Shown piece by piece: positions 51,640-63,398 of a stretch of DNA of 64,000 bases. The position numbers and the translations under genes are program-made. Source of the stretch: Eledone cirrhosa (lineage: Eukaryota); the NCBI GenBank assembly GCA_964016885.1, contig OZ024742.1:226052001-226116000 (forward strand), in the 5' to 3' direction. Positions within the stretch are counted from its first letter, which is position 1, and the number at the start of each line of letters is the position of its first letter. The notes beneath the pieces are model-generated. The model did no database searches. It saw nothing but the letters and a program-made list of their open reading frames with translations, and was not told the origin of the DNA.

Positions 51640-52922
51640 CATACAGTTTCACTACCTCATCCCATGTCTTCCTTAATATGCCTCTTCCTCAAATCACATC
51701 TACTGAGATTTCTTTATACAACTGTCATTTTCCATAAGCATTACATGTCCATACCAGCATAGTCTTCTCTCTTACATACTGCATTCAATTCCTCTTATGC
51801 CATTTTTTTTTTTTTTAGCTCACTTATGCTACATCAATCATCTACACTGACATTAAACATCCATCAGAGCATACTTGCTTCATTATTTTCTAAGTGAAGA
51901 GCAATGTCTCACTGCCCTGTGGAATTGCTATTCACAATCAAACATCATACAGCCTTCCCTTTACTCTGAGAGAGAAGCCTTTTGTTGTCAGTAGAGGTAC
52001 TAGCTCTCTAAACTTCTTTCAGCCTGTTCTTACCCTGGCTATCATGCTTTCAGAGTATCTTCCCCTCACTTATGATTAAGTCACCTAGGTAACAAAAGCT
52101 GTCAACAACTTCTAAAGTCCTTAACAATTAAAGAAATGCATTTCATGTATGCCCTTGGTGCTTACATCTGTGTATCTCCCACATGAAAGTCTATCTTTTC
52201 CGTTCACCTACCTGTAGTTCCACTCTCCACCTTCTGTATCTATAGATTACTCTGAAATATCTGCCCACCTTTTTCTTATATATCAAGCAAATCCACTTCC
52301 CTGAGAGTATCAGCTTCTTATTCTCTGTCCTACTTATTATGACATTAGTTTTAGGTTTCTTGATTCTACATTTTTCTTCCGTGCCTGGAATTTTGCCGCT
52401 AACTTTCCCATAGATTCAGCTATAAGAATTAAATCATCAGCATACAGGAATTCTTTAAACTCATCTGTGGTGGCCTGAAATACACTGAGATACAGAAATT
52501 GACTGAGGACTGAGATTTGGTCGATACCTACTTGCACTTCAAATTCATCACTGTACTTTTTGCCTACAATAACATTGTTGGTTGTACCTCTATACATAAC
52601 TTACAATCCCCTCACAAGCCACTTGTCTTGATCCCATACTGTACACTAGATTACAAAGCAAGAGACTCTTCAGATCCACAAAAGCCAAGTACAGAGGTTT
52701 ACTTCTGCAGTTGTCTAACAATGAAGAGTGCTTCAGTAGTACCCCTACCTGGCATAAAGATGAACTTCATCTCATCGAGTTTGATTCTGTCTCTAGGTGG
52801 TTGTACTATAACCTTTTCAGTATCATTCATGACATGGTCCATCAGCTTCATGCCCCTTTTGTTACCTCTCTCTAGTGTGTTTCCTTTGCCCTTGTAGCAG
52901 TTTACAATGATGCTACTGCAAC
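51640..52922 (-). mobile_element. Old, degenerate RTE LINE fragment (RT to C-terminus)
   Basis: SSIIVNCYKGKG, GTTEALFIVRQLQ, FLYADDLILIAES; many stops and indels. Confidence 0.88.
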
Positions 52923-52934
52923 CACACATATACA

Positions 52935-53170
52935 CACCACCATTACCGTCACCATTTTACGTTAGCATTCCATGCTGGCATGAATTGGACTGGATGTCAT
53001 GTTCTGATACTAGACAACTCCAGAGATCACATTTTACTCATACGTTCTTCCATATTTTTGGCATGGTTTCTACTGCTGGATAATCTTCCTAATGTCAAAC
53101 ACTTTACAGTGTGTATTTGGTGCGTTTTGTCGTGGCACCAGCATCACCTTACAGTGTGGGTTGAATGCTA
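52935..53170 (-). mobile_element. RTE/SINE 3' tail fragment with about two 48-bp-like units
   Basis: ggcatggtttctactgctggataatcttcctaatgtcaaacactttacagtgtgtatttggtgcgttttgtcgtggcacc. Confidence 0.8.
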
Positions 53171-53593
53171 TACATATATATGTTTGTATGTGTGTGTGTG
53201 CGCGACAGAGGGAACAGAATGCAAAGATTATCGTATATTGTCTTAGTTATTTCGGACTCTTCGTCAAGAAAATACGCTGTGAAAAACTTATCTACCAGTG
53301 CGACTTATATGATATATTGTATACTATTTAAAACAAAAAATTATGTTAGGAAAGTAAAATAAATAAAACCATTTTAAAAGCAAGGGAGACAATTTAATTA
53401 AGGAAATTAACGTTCTTTGAGAATATTATCTCCCTTATTTCTCCATGTAAGACTTAGTAATAAAACTTATGGTGGAAGGTTTTTAGATAAATATAAGCAC
53501 TTTAAAATAAAGAATTTTGAAACGAAGGGCCCGGGTCGGTTTCAAGTGGTTTGGCATGAAAAGGGTTAATTGAATTATTCCTGTTTGTTTCAG

Positions 53594-53827
53594 ATGACAT
53601 TTACCCATCCCGAAAACGGAGAATACCAGTTTTTTGAAATAACATTTCGTTCAGTGAAGTCAGGAATTTTAGGTGTCATTGAACTAACTACCACTGTACG
53701 CTCCAGCATTAAACATATAATCAAACTAGAGAATCCACTAACAACAGCTGTTAACTTTACTTTCAATTCAAACATATCTGACTTAATAATGCCTGCGGCT
53801 TCACTCTCGATTCCTGAACAATCTGAG
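53594..53827 (+). CDS. HYDIN: HYDIN coding exon
   Basis: tttcag|atgaca ... tctgag|gtaagt; 234 nt; MTFTHPENGEYQFFEITF...IKLENPL...SIPEQSE. Confidence 0.93.
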
Positions 53828-54536
53828 GTAAGTTGATATAGACATTCATCACTATTATTGTCACTACTACCGTTATTATCATCATCATTACTGCCACCAC
53901 TACCACCTTCATCCCCATCATCACCACCAATATATTCATCACCATTGTCATCACTGTCAACAGCACCATCACCTTCATCATTGTCACCATCATCATTATC
54001 CTTATCACCAACACCATCACTATCACCACCATCGTCATTATCATCAAAAATACTGCCTATGAGTTTCAAATAATTTTGTAAATTATCAAAAATTTGGAAT
54101 TTATTAATTTAACTAGCTTTCTCATTATTACGGAGTTTGGAACATAACTAAACAACAGTTCTGGCATAAAATTATGTTGGAAGACTTTTATATAAATATA
54201 AGTACTTTAAAGCAAACAATGCTGCATTATAGAACCAGGGGTGGTTTCAAGTGAATTGTTGTGTAAACAATTGATAAATAAAAAATATTGAACCAGAGGT
54301 GTTTTCAGGTGGTTTGTTATGTAAAAAAAATGATGTATGTTCTGATTAAACCTTTTCATACCAACCCAGTTAAAACTAACTGTGGTTCTATGAAACAAAA
54401 CTACCCATGTTAAAGGGTTCCAACATAATTTTATATATGAACCATGTTAAGTTACTATCTTTGTAATGAAATAATTGTGTATTCCATTAGAAATATTGTC
54501 CTAAAAGTGTTAACAGCCTGTGTGTTTGATTTAAAG

Positions 54537-54761
54537 GGTGAGATAACAATTGAATACCAACCTATTAAAATTGGTGATGTGACTGGTAAACTGGAACTTT
54601 TCAGTCCAGAACTGGGATCCTATCTGTATGAACTGAACCTGAAGGCTACTCCAGCAGGTAATGAGAAGAGTATCTACCTCCAGGCCCCTCTGGGACAAGG
54701 CAGTACGCAGCTGGCCAAATTTATTAACTTTGCTAAACAGAAAACAGATTACCAATGCAAG
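54537..54761 (+). CDS. HYDIN: HYDIN coding exon
   Basis: ttaaag|ggtgag ... tgcaag|gtaaga; 225 nt; GEITIEYQPIKIG...LGSYLYELNLKATPA...KFINFAKQKTDYQCK. Confidence 0.93.
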
Positions 54762-54874
54762 GTAAGAGACAATCAGTTATTTTGGTTCACAAAAAACAAA
54801 AAAACATTTTTATTACAACTACCATCGTCGTCACAACAAGCATCACCACTAACCACCATCATCATAGTTGTGTA

Positions 54875-55440
54875 TTAACAGAACTATCAAAGTGTTGAAC
54901 AAAATACTTTGGTGTATAATTTCTAGTTCTTTATATTCTGAGTTCAAATCTCACTGAGGTCAACTTTGCCTTTCAACCCTCCAAAGTCAATAAAATAAAT
55001 AACCAGTTTTGTAATGGGGTTGATATAATCGTCTTTCCCTTCCTCCAAAAAATTGTTGGCCTTATGCCAAAATTAGAAACTACTACTAATAATAATTGTT
55101 TCTACTTTAGGCACAAGGCCAGCAATTACCCAGTGCATTACTGGTACTTTATTTTATCGACCCCGTAAGGATGAAAGGCAAAGTCAACCTCGGCGGGATT
55201 TGAACTCAGATCGTAAAGGGACGTAACTATGATGGAAAGCATGGCTTCCGACCCTCTACCGATACTGCCAATCCACCACTAATAATGATATTAGGGTGGA
55301 GGATTGGCAGATTCATTAGAGGGTCAGATAAAATGTTTTGAAGCATTTAGTTACAGCCCTTTATATTCTGAGTTCAAATCCCACTAAGGTCAACTTTGCC
55401 TTTCATCCTTTTGGGGTAAATAAAATAAAGTACCAGTTGT
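54875..55440. mobile_element. Cluster of three tRNA-derived SINE copies (+, -, +)
   Basis: Shared ctgagttcaaatc(c/t)c.c.gaggt(c/t)aactttgcctttcatcc...gataaaataaagtaccagt body; minus copy at about 55090-55275. Confidence 0.85.
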
Positions 55441-56084
55441 CATACCCCATGGGAATGAGAGTTGGGAGTGTCTGCTTATAAACACATGGGCACCTAAAAC
55501 CTTAACGAAACCATAGAACATATTACTAAGTCATGCACGATTGTGAGTGATGACTGAAGTTCAGATATGCAACACCCAAAGGAAGGACAGGGTGGTCATG
55601 CTGGGAATGTCTTTGATCATAGTTCTGACCTGGTTTAAGCCAGTGGTCTGCAACTCTTTTTTTCGTGATACAAACCCTAAATATTACTGGGAGACATATA
55701 ATAAAGAACCCTTGACTTTGATATTTCATAATACGAACACCAAATAATTTATATAAGAATCATGTTAAGTTACTACCTTAGTAATGAAATAATTAATAAT
55801 TTGAGTAAGGGTTTATAATGTGGTAGTATGGCAGAAATAGTAGTAAGGTAGTGTAGAGTTATGTCCCTTGATATTCTGAGCCCAAACAATTCAGTTTGAT
55901 GTCACTAATAGATTTTTGATAAATTTCAATTAATTTTCTCTTAAATTGGCAACTATTAATTACATAATCTTAACTTTAGTATTATCGAAACTGTTATAGA
56001 GGGTTTAAAATAGCCAAGTGAGGTGAAAATTTGTGAAGCATACTATACTTTTCATTGTAGTACGGAAACACAATAATTTTCATT

Positions 56085-56580
56085 TGGATTGGCAGTATCG
56101 GTAGAGGGTCGGACGCCATGCTTTGCAGCATGGAGTTACAGGCTTTTACGATCTGAGTTCAAATCCCGCCGAGGTTAACTTTGCCTTTCATCCTTACAGG
56201 GTCGATAAAATAAAGTACCAGTAATGCACTGGGATAATTGCTGGCCTTGTGCCAAAAGTAGAAACAATTATTATATTATTAAGGGCAGTGGATTGGCAGT
56301 ATCGGTAGAGGGTCGGACGTCTTGCTTTGCAGCATAGAGTTACGGCGCTTTATGATGTGAGTTCAAATCCCGCCGTGGTTAACTTTGCCTTTCATCCTTA
56401 CAGGGTCGATAAAATAAAGTACCAGTCACACACTGGGGTCGATTTAATCGACTTTCCCCTCTTCCCAAATTGCTGGCCTTGTGTCTATATAAGAAACCAT
56501 TATTATTATATAATTAAAATAAGTACCAGTAATGTACTGGGTAATTGCTGGCCTTGTGCCTAAAATAGAAACAATTATTA
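56085..56580 (+). mobile_element. Two tandem tRNA-derived SINE copies plus a partial third tail
   Basis: ggattggcagtatcggtagagggtcggacg ... gagttcaaatcccgccg at 56087 and 56290. Same family as 54875-55440, with fragments near 40400, 57650-57890 and 63780-63990. Confidence 0.88.
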
Positions 56581-57029
56581 TATAATTAAAATGCATTTAT
56601 TTAATTAGAATTTCATGTTAACCCTTTCGTTACCAAATTTCTAATGAAAGACACTGCCTATTATTATAATTTTGAAAATAATCAAGTATATGAAGGGATT
56701 TAATGATATAATTTTTTTTTTTTTCATTATGAAGTTATTGCTTAGAACATAGATTAACAAAGGTTCTTACAAAAAATTATGATGTTTTTTTATAAATATA
56801 AACATTTTAAAATAAACCATTTTGTATTATAGAACTGAGGTGGGGGCAGGTGATTTGATCTCAAAACAGTTAATGCCACCACCAGTTAGTTTGGGTACCT
56901 TTAGCAAAGTCCAATTTGTTGCAAGCATTCATACGAGATTTCCAGGTTGAGATACCTTCCTCCTTCCCACTAGTCCTAGAAACCCTGAAAAGAGCCATGG
57001 GGACCTCACATTCCTTCCTGGACTAAACA

Positions 57030-57260
57030 TCATCATTATCACCGTTCCTACGTCCACTTTTGGACTGGATGGGTTATTACTGTTAAATGTTACATATTTT
57101 GGCATGGTTTCTAACACCAACCACCTTACAGAGTGTACTGGGTGTATTTTTGGTCCACCAGCACTACAACTTTACAGATTGGGCTGGATGCATTTTATCG
57201 TGATTCCAACCGTAACACTTTACAGGGTGAAGTAGGTTCATTTTATCTTGGCACCAGAAC
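57030..57260 (-). mobile_element. Degenerate RTE/SINE 3' tail with about three 48-bp-like units
   Basis: catcatcat tail, ggcatggtttctaacaccaaccaccttacagagtgtactgggtgt and two further actttacag units. Confidence 0.75.
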
Positions 57261-58525
57261 TAAAGAGGTTATCACATTACTCATCCTGACTTAAGTCTCC
57301 TCTCAACCCTAATACTGTCTCTATTCAATTCCCAAACACTGTTGCATCCGGTCTCACCACATATTCTTTTAATGTTATAATGCTTATGGTGGACAGATCT
57401 TTTGTATTATGTCTTATCTCCAGAAAAATTAATATTGTCTTTATTTAAATATCCAGTTTGATTTCAAAAATAAATTTCAGCTTTGTCTTTTTTTTTTTAC
57501 TGTTTAGTAACGAAGGGAAGGGTTATGCCGATGACCCTTTTCAGAGCCTTCATGACTGGTGGAGGGGAAGGGAGGAAGGGATTTTCAAATAAGAGACCTG
57601 GCCTTATAACTGAGTGGACTCTGCTAAATACATCAAAAGGCTAGGTAGTGGTGTTGGTTTAAGTCACAGCAGGATTTGAACTCAGAACACAAATTACCAC
57701 ATCAAATACAGCAAGGCATCTTGACAATTCTGCCAATCCACCACCACAGAGTGGTGCCTTGTTTTGTCAACACTGAATGAAGTACATTTAACTTTAGTGG
57801 AATTTGAACTGAGAGCACTGAGATTCAGAACAAATACCACAAGATATTTTCTTCTATGTTCACACAACTCTGCCAATTCACCACCTAACTAGATAAACAA
57901 TTGTTTGGATGTGATGACAGACTAGGTGAGGTATTTTATACCCCTTATATATAACTGGTAAGTCATGACAGACTGGGTGAGGTATCTAATACCCCTTATA
58001 TATACAAGAGAAAAAAAACTAAAAGAAAAATGGGAAAGGACAGCTAAAGAACAGTTAAATGTTTTTGTTGTTGAATCTTTTTGTAGTCTCCATGTATTGG
58101 AAGATCTTGTTTATGGTTGGTAGATCCTTGACAATATATAGCACCTCCAGTCTTGGTAGCATTTTTCAGACTAGTTTTAAAATGTCCTTGCTCTTTCTCT
58201 TTCCCTCAGACTTTTATATAGGAACAAATAATGCCATCACATGTAATAAGACTGGAGGGTACAGCTGAAATGTTGTGACTATAACAACCAAGATGAGGTC
58301 ACTTGTCTGAATATATCAATGTATAAAAATGATAATTTTTTCTGAAGAAAGCCAGAGGGTACAACAGTTGTAACATTGTGACTATAACAACCAAGATGGA
58401 GAGGACACTAGTCTGAATATATCAGTATATAATAGTAACTTTTTATGTCCTGAATAATATTGATATTATGATATTTTGTAGAGTGCTGTATATTTTAAAG
58501 ATATTTTGTATTTCTGTTCCAACAG

Positions 58526-59011
58526 GTTGATAATACAGACTTCCATGTGGACAGGTCCATTTCAGCTACCAGTGCCTCGTCTTCAGGAACTGAAATATCA
58601 TTTGATGTAAATTTTGAACCATCTCGTTTGGGAGAGCAGCGAGCCACCCTTACAGTTTCATCACCAACTGGTGGGGAGTATATTTTCCCTCTGTTAGGGA
58701 TGTGTACCCCACCAAAACCACAGGGACCTTTCACCATTAAATCAGGTTCAAATATTTTCATCACTTTCCGCAATGTCTTCAATGTGTTGACTGCTTTCAA
58801 ATTCCAAGTTGACAATGAACGGTTCACTCTAACAAAGAAGAAAGAAAGTATTCGTCCCCGCAAGGACAACCGTATATCTGTTGCTTTTGAAAGTATGAAT
58901 CTCCCTGCTCAAACAGAAGTGAAGGGAAAACTAATAGTTTCGTGTCCCTATCTCACTGCAGATACTACGACTGTACAATGGGTATTTTATTTGAAAGGAG
59001 TCGTTGTGTAA
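58526..59011 (+). CDS. HYDIN: HYDIN terminal coding exon
   Basis: caacag|gttgat ... TAA; 486 nt; VDNTDFHVD...FEPSRLGE...LTVSSPTGGEYIFPLLGMCTPPKPQGPF...WVFYLKGVVV*, matching the recalled HYDIN C-terminus (GGEYIIPLFG..LPPKPQGPF, WVYYLKG). Confidence 0.96.
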   Translation, partial: VDNTDFHVDRSISATSASSSGTEISFDVNFEPSRLGEQRATLTVSSPTGGEYIFPLLGMCTPPKPQGPFTIKSGSNIFITFRNVFNVLTAFKFQVDNERFTLTKKKESIRPRKDNRISVAFESMNLPAQTEVKGKLIVSCPYLTADTTTVQWVFYLKGVVV

Positions 59012-59062
59012 TTGGACCATCAATACATTTTTCATTTCTGCTCTATATATAACTAGGCCCTC

Positions 59063-59185
59063 AATAAATTTATGTACACCTCTAATTGGACCAACAATAC
59101 ATTTATCATCACCTTTGCTCAATATATAACTGGACCCTCAATAAATATATCTACAACTCTTCTGTGTAACTCAACCATCAATAAA
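59063..59185 (+). promoter_or_regulatory. Candidate polyadenylation signals (AATAAA at 59063, 59140, 59180)
   Basis: Three AATAAA hexamers after the stop, followed by a T/GT-rich tract at about 59210-59272. Confidence 0.6.
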
Positions 59186-60867
59186 TGTATCTTCACTGGA
59201 TCATCAATAATTGTTTTACCTGCTTTTGGGGGTTTTGATAGAAATATTTTTTTTGTTTTTGTTTTTTTATTTGCATATAAGGTATGTGCATTTTGTAACG
59301 CTGGTTTATGGTAGAGGGCTTCTTCTCTGAAGCCCCAATGCCCAGCTCTACAGTTTCTTGCAACTGACTACTTTTATATAGCAAAGTTACTCATAGAAAA
59401 AACAAAGAGATATATCCAGGAAGATATGGAATGAGGTAGTGAAGACCAATCTTTAATAAGCTTTGTCATCTCTGTCATGATGACAGTGATGACAAAGGAC
59501 CATGATGATTGGCAATATGCTACACTGGAGAAGAGCTATCAGCATAAAATGCGACCTGATTCATCCATGTTCCACCCTCCCATTTTCCAATGCCTACCAG
59601 CATAAAAGGAACCCCCACCTGTCTGTGTATGTCTTTTTTCACAACACTGCCCAGGTGACAATGAACATTAAAAAATGATATATAATAATCTAAGTCAATT
59701 ATTATATTGCTGCTGTAGCTGTCTGTATGGCCGATTTGTTAAAAGTTTGGACAGTATTTCATGCTGGTGATTTCAATCTGTACCAAGAATTATAATAGGG
59801 GACTGGTATGTGCATTTTCTTCTTTTTTTATTTGATAAAAAAGAATTTTCAAACATCTCTGATCCTGGGAAGGACTCTACTCTGGACCAAAGTTCTATGT
59901 GAGATCATGCTATGGGTTTCGCCTGGGATTGAACCGCCAACCAGGATCTCACATTTGTTTGCAGATGCCTTTACTCACAAGTCTACCCAGAAGGCAACAA
60001 TAATCATAGAAAAATGTTCTACTTAAAGCTAAAAACTCTGAAACCAATTATCAAAATAACTAAGTATTCTATTTTTCACATCAACTTTATGGCTGCCTCC
60101 ATGGTCTTATGGGTAAAGATATTCGGAGATAGTAGCAAAACAGATAGGTGAAGGAGGGTTTCAATCCCTGCCAATAATTATATTAGGGTGTTTAATTAAA
60201 TTTTCATGTTAAAAGATTGAAAAAGAAATTACAGTATATAGCCATGTATCTCACACACACCATTTACTTACAGCATTCTTAGCTCAGTATGTTTTGAAGG
60301 TCCAGTAGATGTCACATGTTTGGGTTAAATGTAATTTCTTTTTCTCTGGAAAAATATGAGTGTATATGGCAAATATTTTTAATTCATAAAACTTTACTGA
60401 AGAGATTGATTATGTGCAGGCCCAATGTGAAATTGAACCCATGTTGGGATGTGACATATCGAAACCTTTTGTGACCACACTGTCAGAACTTTAAACCCGT
60501 AACCCTGAAATTACTTCATAAAAGCTGTATACTCTGTCAACCGAGCCTCCATGTCATAGGTCAACTTGCTATAAGTAACAGCCAAAATCTCCTTGAAATC
60601 AAACCTGTCTTTAAAACAAAAGAGGATACATGTAGTCTTAAATACACAATGTCTGAATAAAAGATAGGATGGTCATAGTTGGAACATCTTTGATCATAAT
60701 TCTGCTGGATCAGGACTACATTGGGGTAAAACAACAGCAATAATCATTTATATATTAACTACTATACTGCACATTAAATAATGTAGTCCTAGATACACTA
60801 TGTCTGAATAAAAGATAGGATAATCACAATTGGAACATTTTTATCATAGATCTGATATGTGCCATAT

Positions 60868-61130
60868 TAAAATACATCCAGCCCACTCTTTAAGGTGGTA
60901 GTGCTGGTGCTACAACTAAAAGCAACTAGTCCATACTGTATGGTGGTAATGCTGGAGTAACAATAAAATGCTTCCAGTATATGCTGTAAAGTGGTTGGCA
61001 TTAGGAAAGGCATCCACCCATAGAAACCAAACCAAAAACAGAATGTACAAGCAAGACATGGTTTTCTGACCAGTCTAGCCATACATGCAGTCATGGAGAA
61101 TAGAAGTTAAATGGTGATAATGATGATGAC
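60868..61130 (+). mobile_element. Degenerate RTE/SINE 3' tail with about three 48-bp-like units
   Basis: tgctgtaaagtggttggcattaggaaagggcatcca ... gataatgatgatga. Confidence 0.78.
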
Positions 61131-61427
61131 ATATATACTAAAGTAGGTGTTTAAAAACCATGGTACTTAAAACATTGAAACATTAATTGAATGAGCACTT
61201 AATGTGTGTAAATAGAGTGTATAAGTTTCAAGACTGTGTGAATGTCCTTGTCTCATAGCCATATAACAAGACAGATTCAACTGTTGCTAAAAAGCGTTTG
61301 ATCTCCCAGATCTACGATAGTTTATGACATACTTGCCACACAATTGTCTCTTTTTATTTTTTTTCTGCCTTTATTACAAAAGAAAATGAAAATCACAAGT
61401 TAATTACAGATACACAAAAAAAACTTA

Positions 61428-62200
61428 ATTAACTCGTTTCTGTATTTCTAATGAAACACACTGCATATTATTTTCCAATCATTTTGAAAAATAATCAAGA
61501 ATTTGGAAAGATTTAGTAATATAACTAACTTTCTCATTATTAACTTGGTATTTGGAACATTACTTAAATATTCTTACATAAATGATGATGAAATGATGAA
61601 AGTTTTTTTTTTAGATAAATAAACACTTTAACCCTTTCGTGACAATATTTCTAATGAAAGGTACTGAAAATAATCAAGAATTTGGAAGGGTTTTGTAATA
61701 TAACTAACCTCCTCCTTATTAAGTTGGTGTTTGGAGCATAACTTAAAGGATCTTATATAAAATTATAATGGCAAGTTTTTTTTTCTTAAATAAATATAAA
61801 AACTTTAAAATAAACAGTTTAGTATCATTGAATGAAGGGTAGTTTGGTATGAAAATGGTTAACAGAAGCTCTTAATATAACTAACTTTCTTATTATTGGG
61901 TTGATGTTTGGAACATAACATATAAAATTATAATTGAATGTTTTTTAGATAAATATAAACTTTAAAACAAACACTTTTATATTGGAAAAACCAGGGTAGT
62001 TTGATATCAAAATGGAACATTTTTAGATACATATAAATACTTTAAAATAAACAGGTCTATATCCTTGAACCAGGGGCAGTTTCAGACAGCTTAGTGTTAA
62101 ACGGGTTAATGGTAATGTTTAATAAATATAAATACTTTTAAAACAAACAAGTTTTATATCAAAGAACTATGAGGAGGGGGGTGGCATCAAAAGGGTTGAA
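61428..62200. mobile_element. Cluster of AT-rich TTAA-CCC...GG-TTAA MITE-like repeats (piggyBac-like ends)
   Basis: ttaaccctttcg at 61628 ... gaaaatggttaa at 61862; aaacgggttaa at about 62109. Related ends at 44247, 53560 and 56618, sharing a tttggaacataact...ataaaattatgatgg body. Confidence 0.6.
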
Positions 62201-62605
62201 CAAAACAAAAACAAAAATAAAAAATAATAATCAACAAATATAAACAATAGAAACAAGTTTATTGTTTGAAAGTTGGGGATGTTTTTTTTTGTTTTTTTTT
62301 TTTACCTGAGGCCTTATGAGATGTCTCCCCCCACCCCAAGAAGAGAGGTTGTGAATGAGTACTCTCTTCTGAAATATTCCAGCTAAAACTGTCGATCTAT
62401 AGCTCACACATGAACAATTGAAATACCCAAGACAAATATAGTTGGTTTAGTTACAACAGTCATCATATACACACAGATTATCTAAGGTTTGCAGGGGAGC
62501 TGGGCTGTGAAAAAAGGTCAAACAAGCTATTTTTTTTAATGTTCATTGCCAACAAAATGTTTTAAATAATTAATTGTAGTGATGACAGGTGAAATATGTT
62601 ATATA

Positions 62606-62860
62606 GAGGTACATTATACCTGATATAGGTACATTATATCTAATATATAGGTACATTGTCTCTGATATACAGGTACGTTATATCTGATACAGGTATGGTA
62701 TATCTGATATATGTGACACAGGTACTTTATATGTGATATAGGTGTACATTATATCTGATGTAAGTTCATTATATGTGACATATAGCGTACAATATATCTG
62801 ACATATAGAGTACTTTATATCTGATATAGGGATATAGGTACATAAGTACATTATATCAGA
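62606..62860. repeat. Degenerate ~20-24-bp minisatellite (AGGTACATTATATCTGATAT)
   Basis: About 10 imperfect tandem copies by eye. Confidence 0.8.
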
Positions 62861-63344
62861 AAAAAGATGAGTGGTTTAATCAGATGCAGTGAAAAAAAAA
62901 AAATTCTACTGTAATTCTATTGCCTTTTATTATTTTTTCCTGTTTTTGTTATGATTTTTTCTTTAATAGGTGTAAAAAATATGTGTAGAAGTATTTTAAT
63001 GATTTTTTAAAATGCATCCACTAAAATTGATTTCATGATGATTAAATTCAGTGGAAGTATCTGTCAACTGACTTGAAGAAATGAGCAAATTAAAACAGTA
63101 TTATTATTCCCTGAAGAAAAAAAAAATGAAGTGTAATTTTTTTTTTGTATTTTTTGCTAAATATTATTATTTTTATTATTGTTATTATAATTATAATTAT
63201 TATATCGTTGATATAAGTTAAGATGAGATCTGGTTTTTGAAACATTAATAATAAATGGTGAATGAACGAACGAACATTGTTTTTCCTTCTTCCAACAAGG
63301 AGATCACATAATGGAATTAGGAATTTTAAAATGACGACACTGGA

Positions 63345-63345
63345 T

Positions 63346-63382
<37 letters not shown>

Positions 63383-63398
63383 TGTAGTAGTAGTAGTG
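63345..63398. repeat. (TAG)n microsatellite
   Basis: Direct reading. Confidence 0.9.

Noticed and set aside
53590-54073. Asp/Gly-rich and Met/Val-rich minus-strand ORFs
   Set aside because: Antisense of a HYDIN exon plus a degenerate (CAT)n tract.
60630-60855. Direct ~75-bp duplication (also a ~40-bp one at 57915-58005)
   Set aside because: Looks like ordinary decayed repeat fragments with no further structure.
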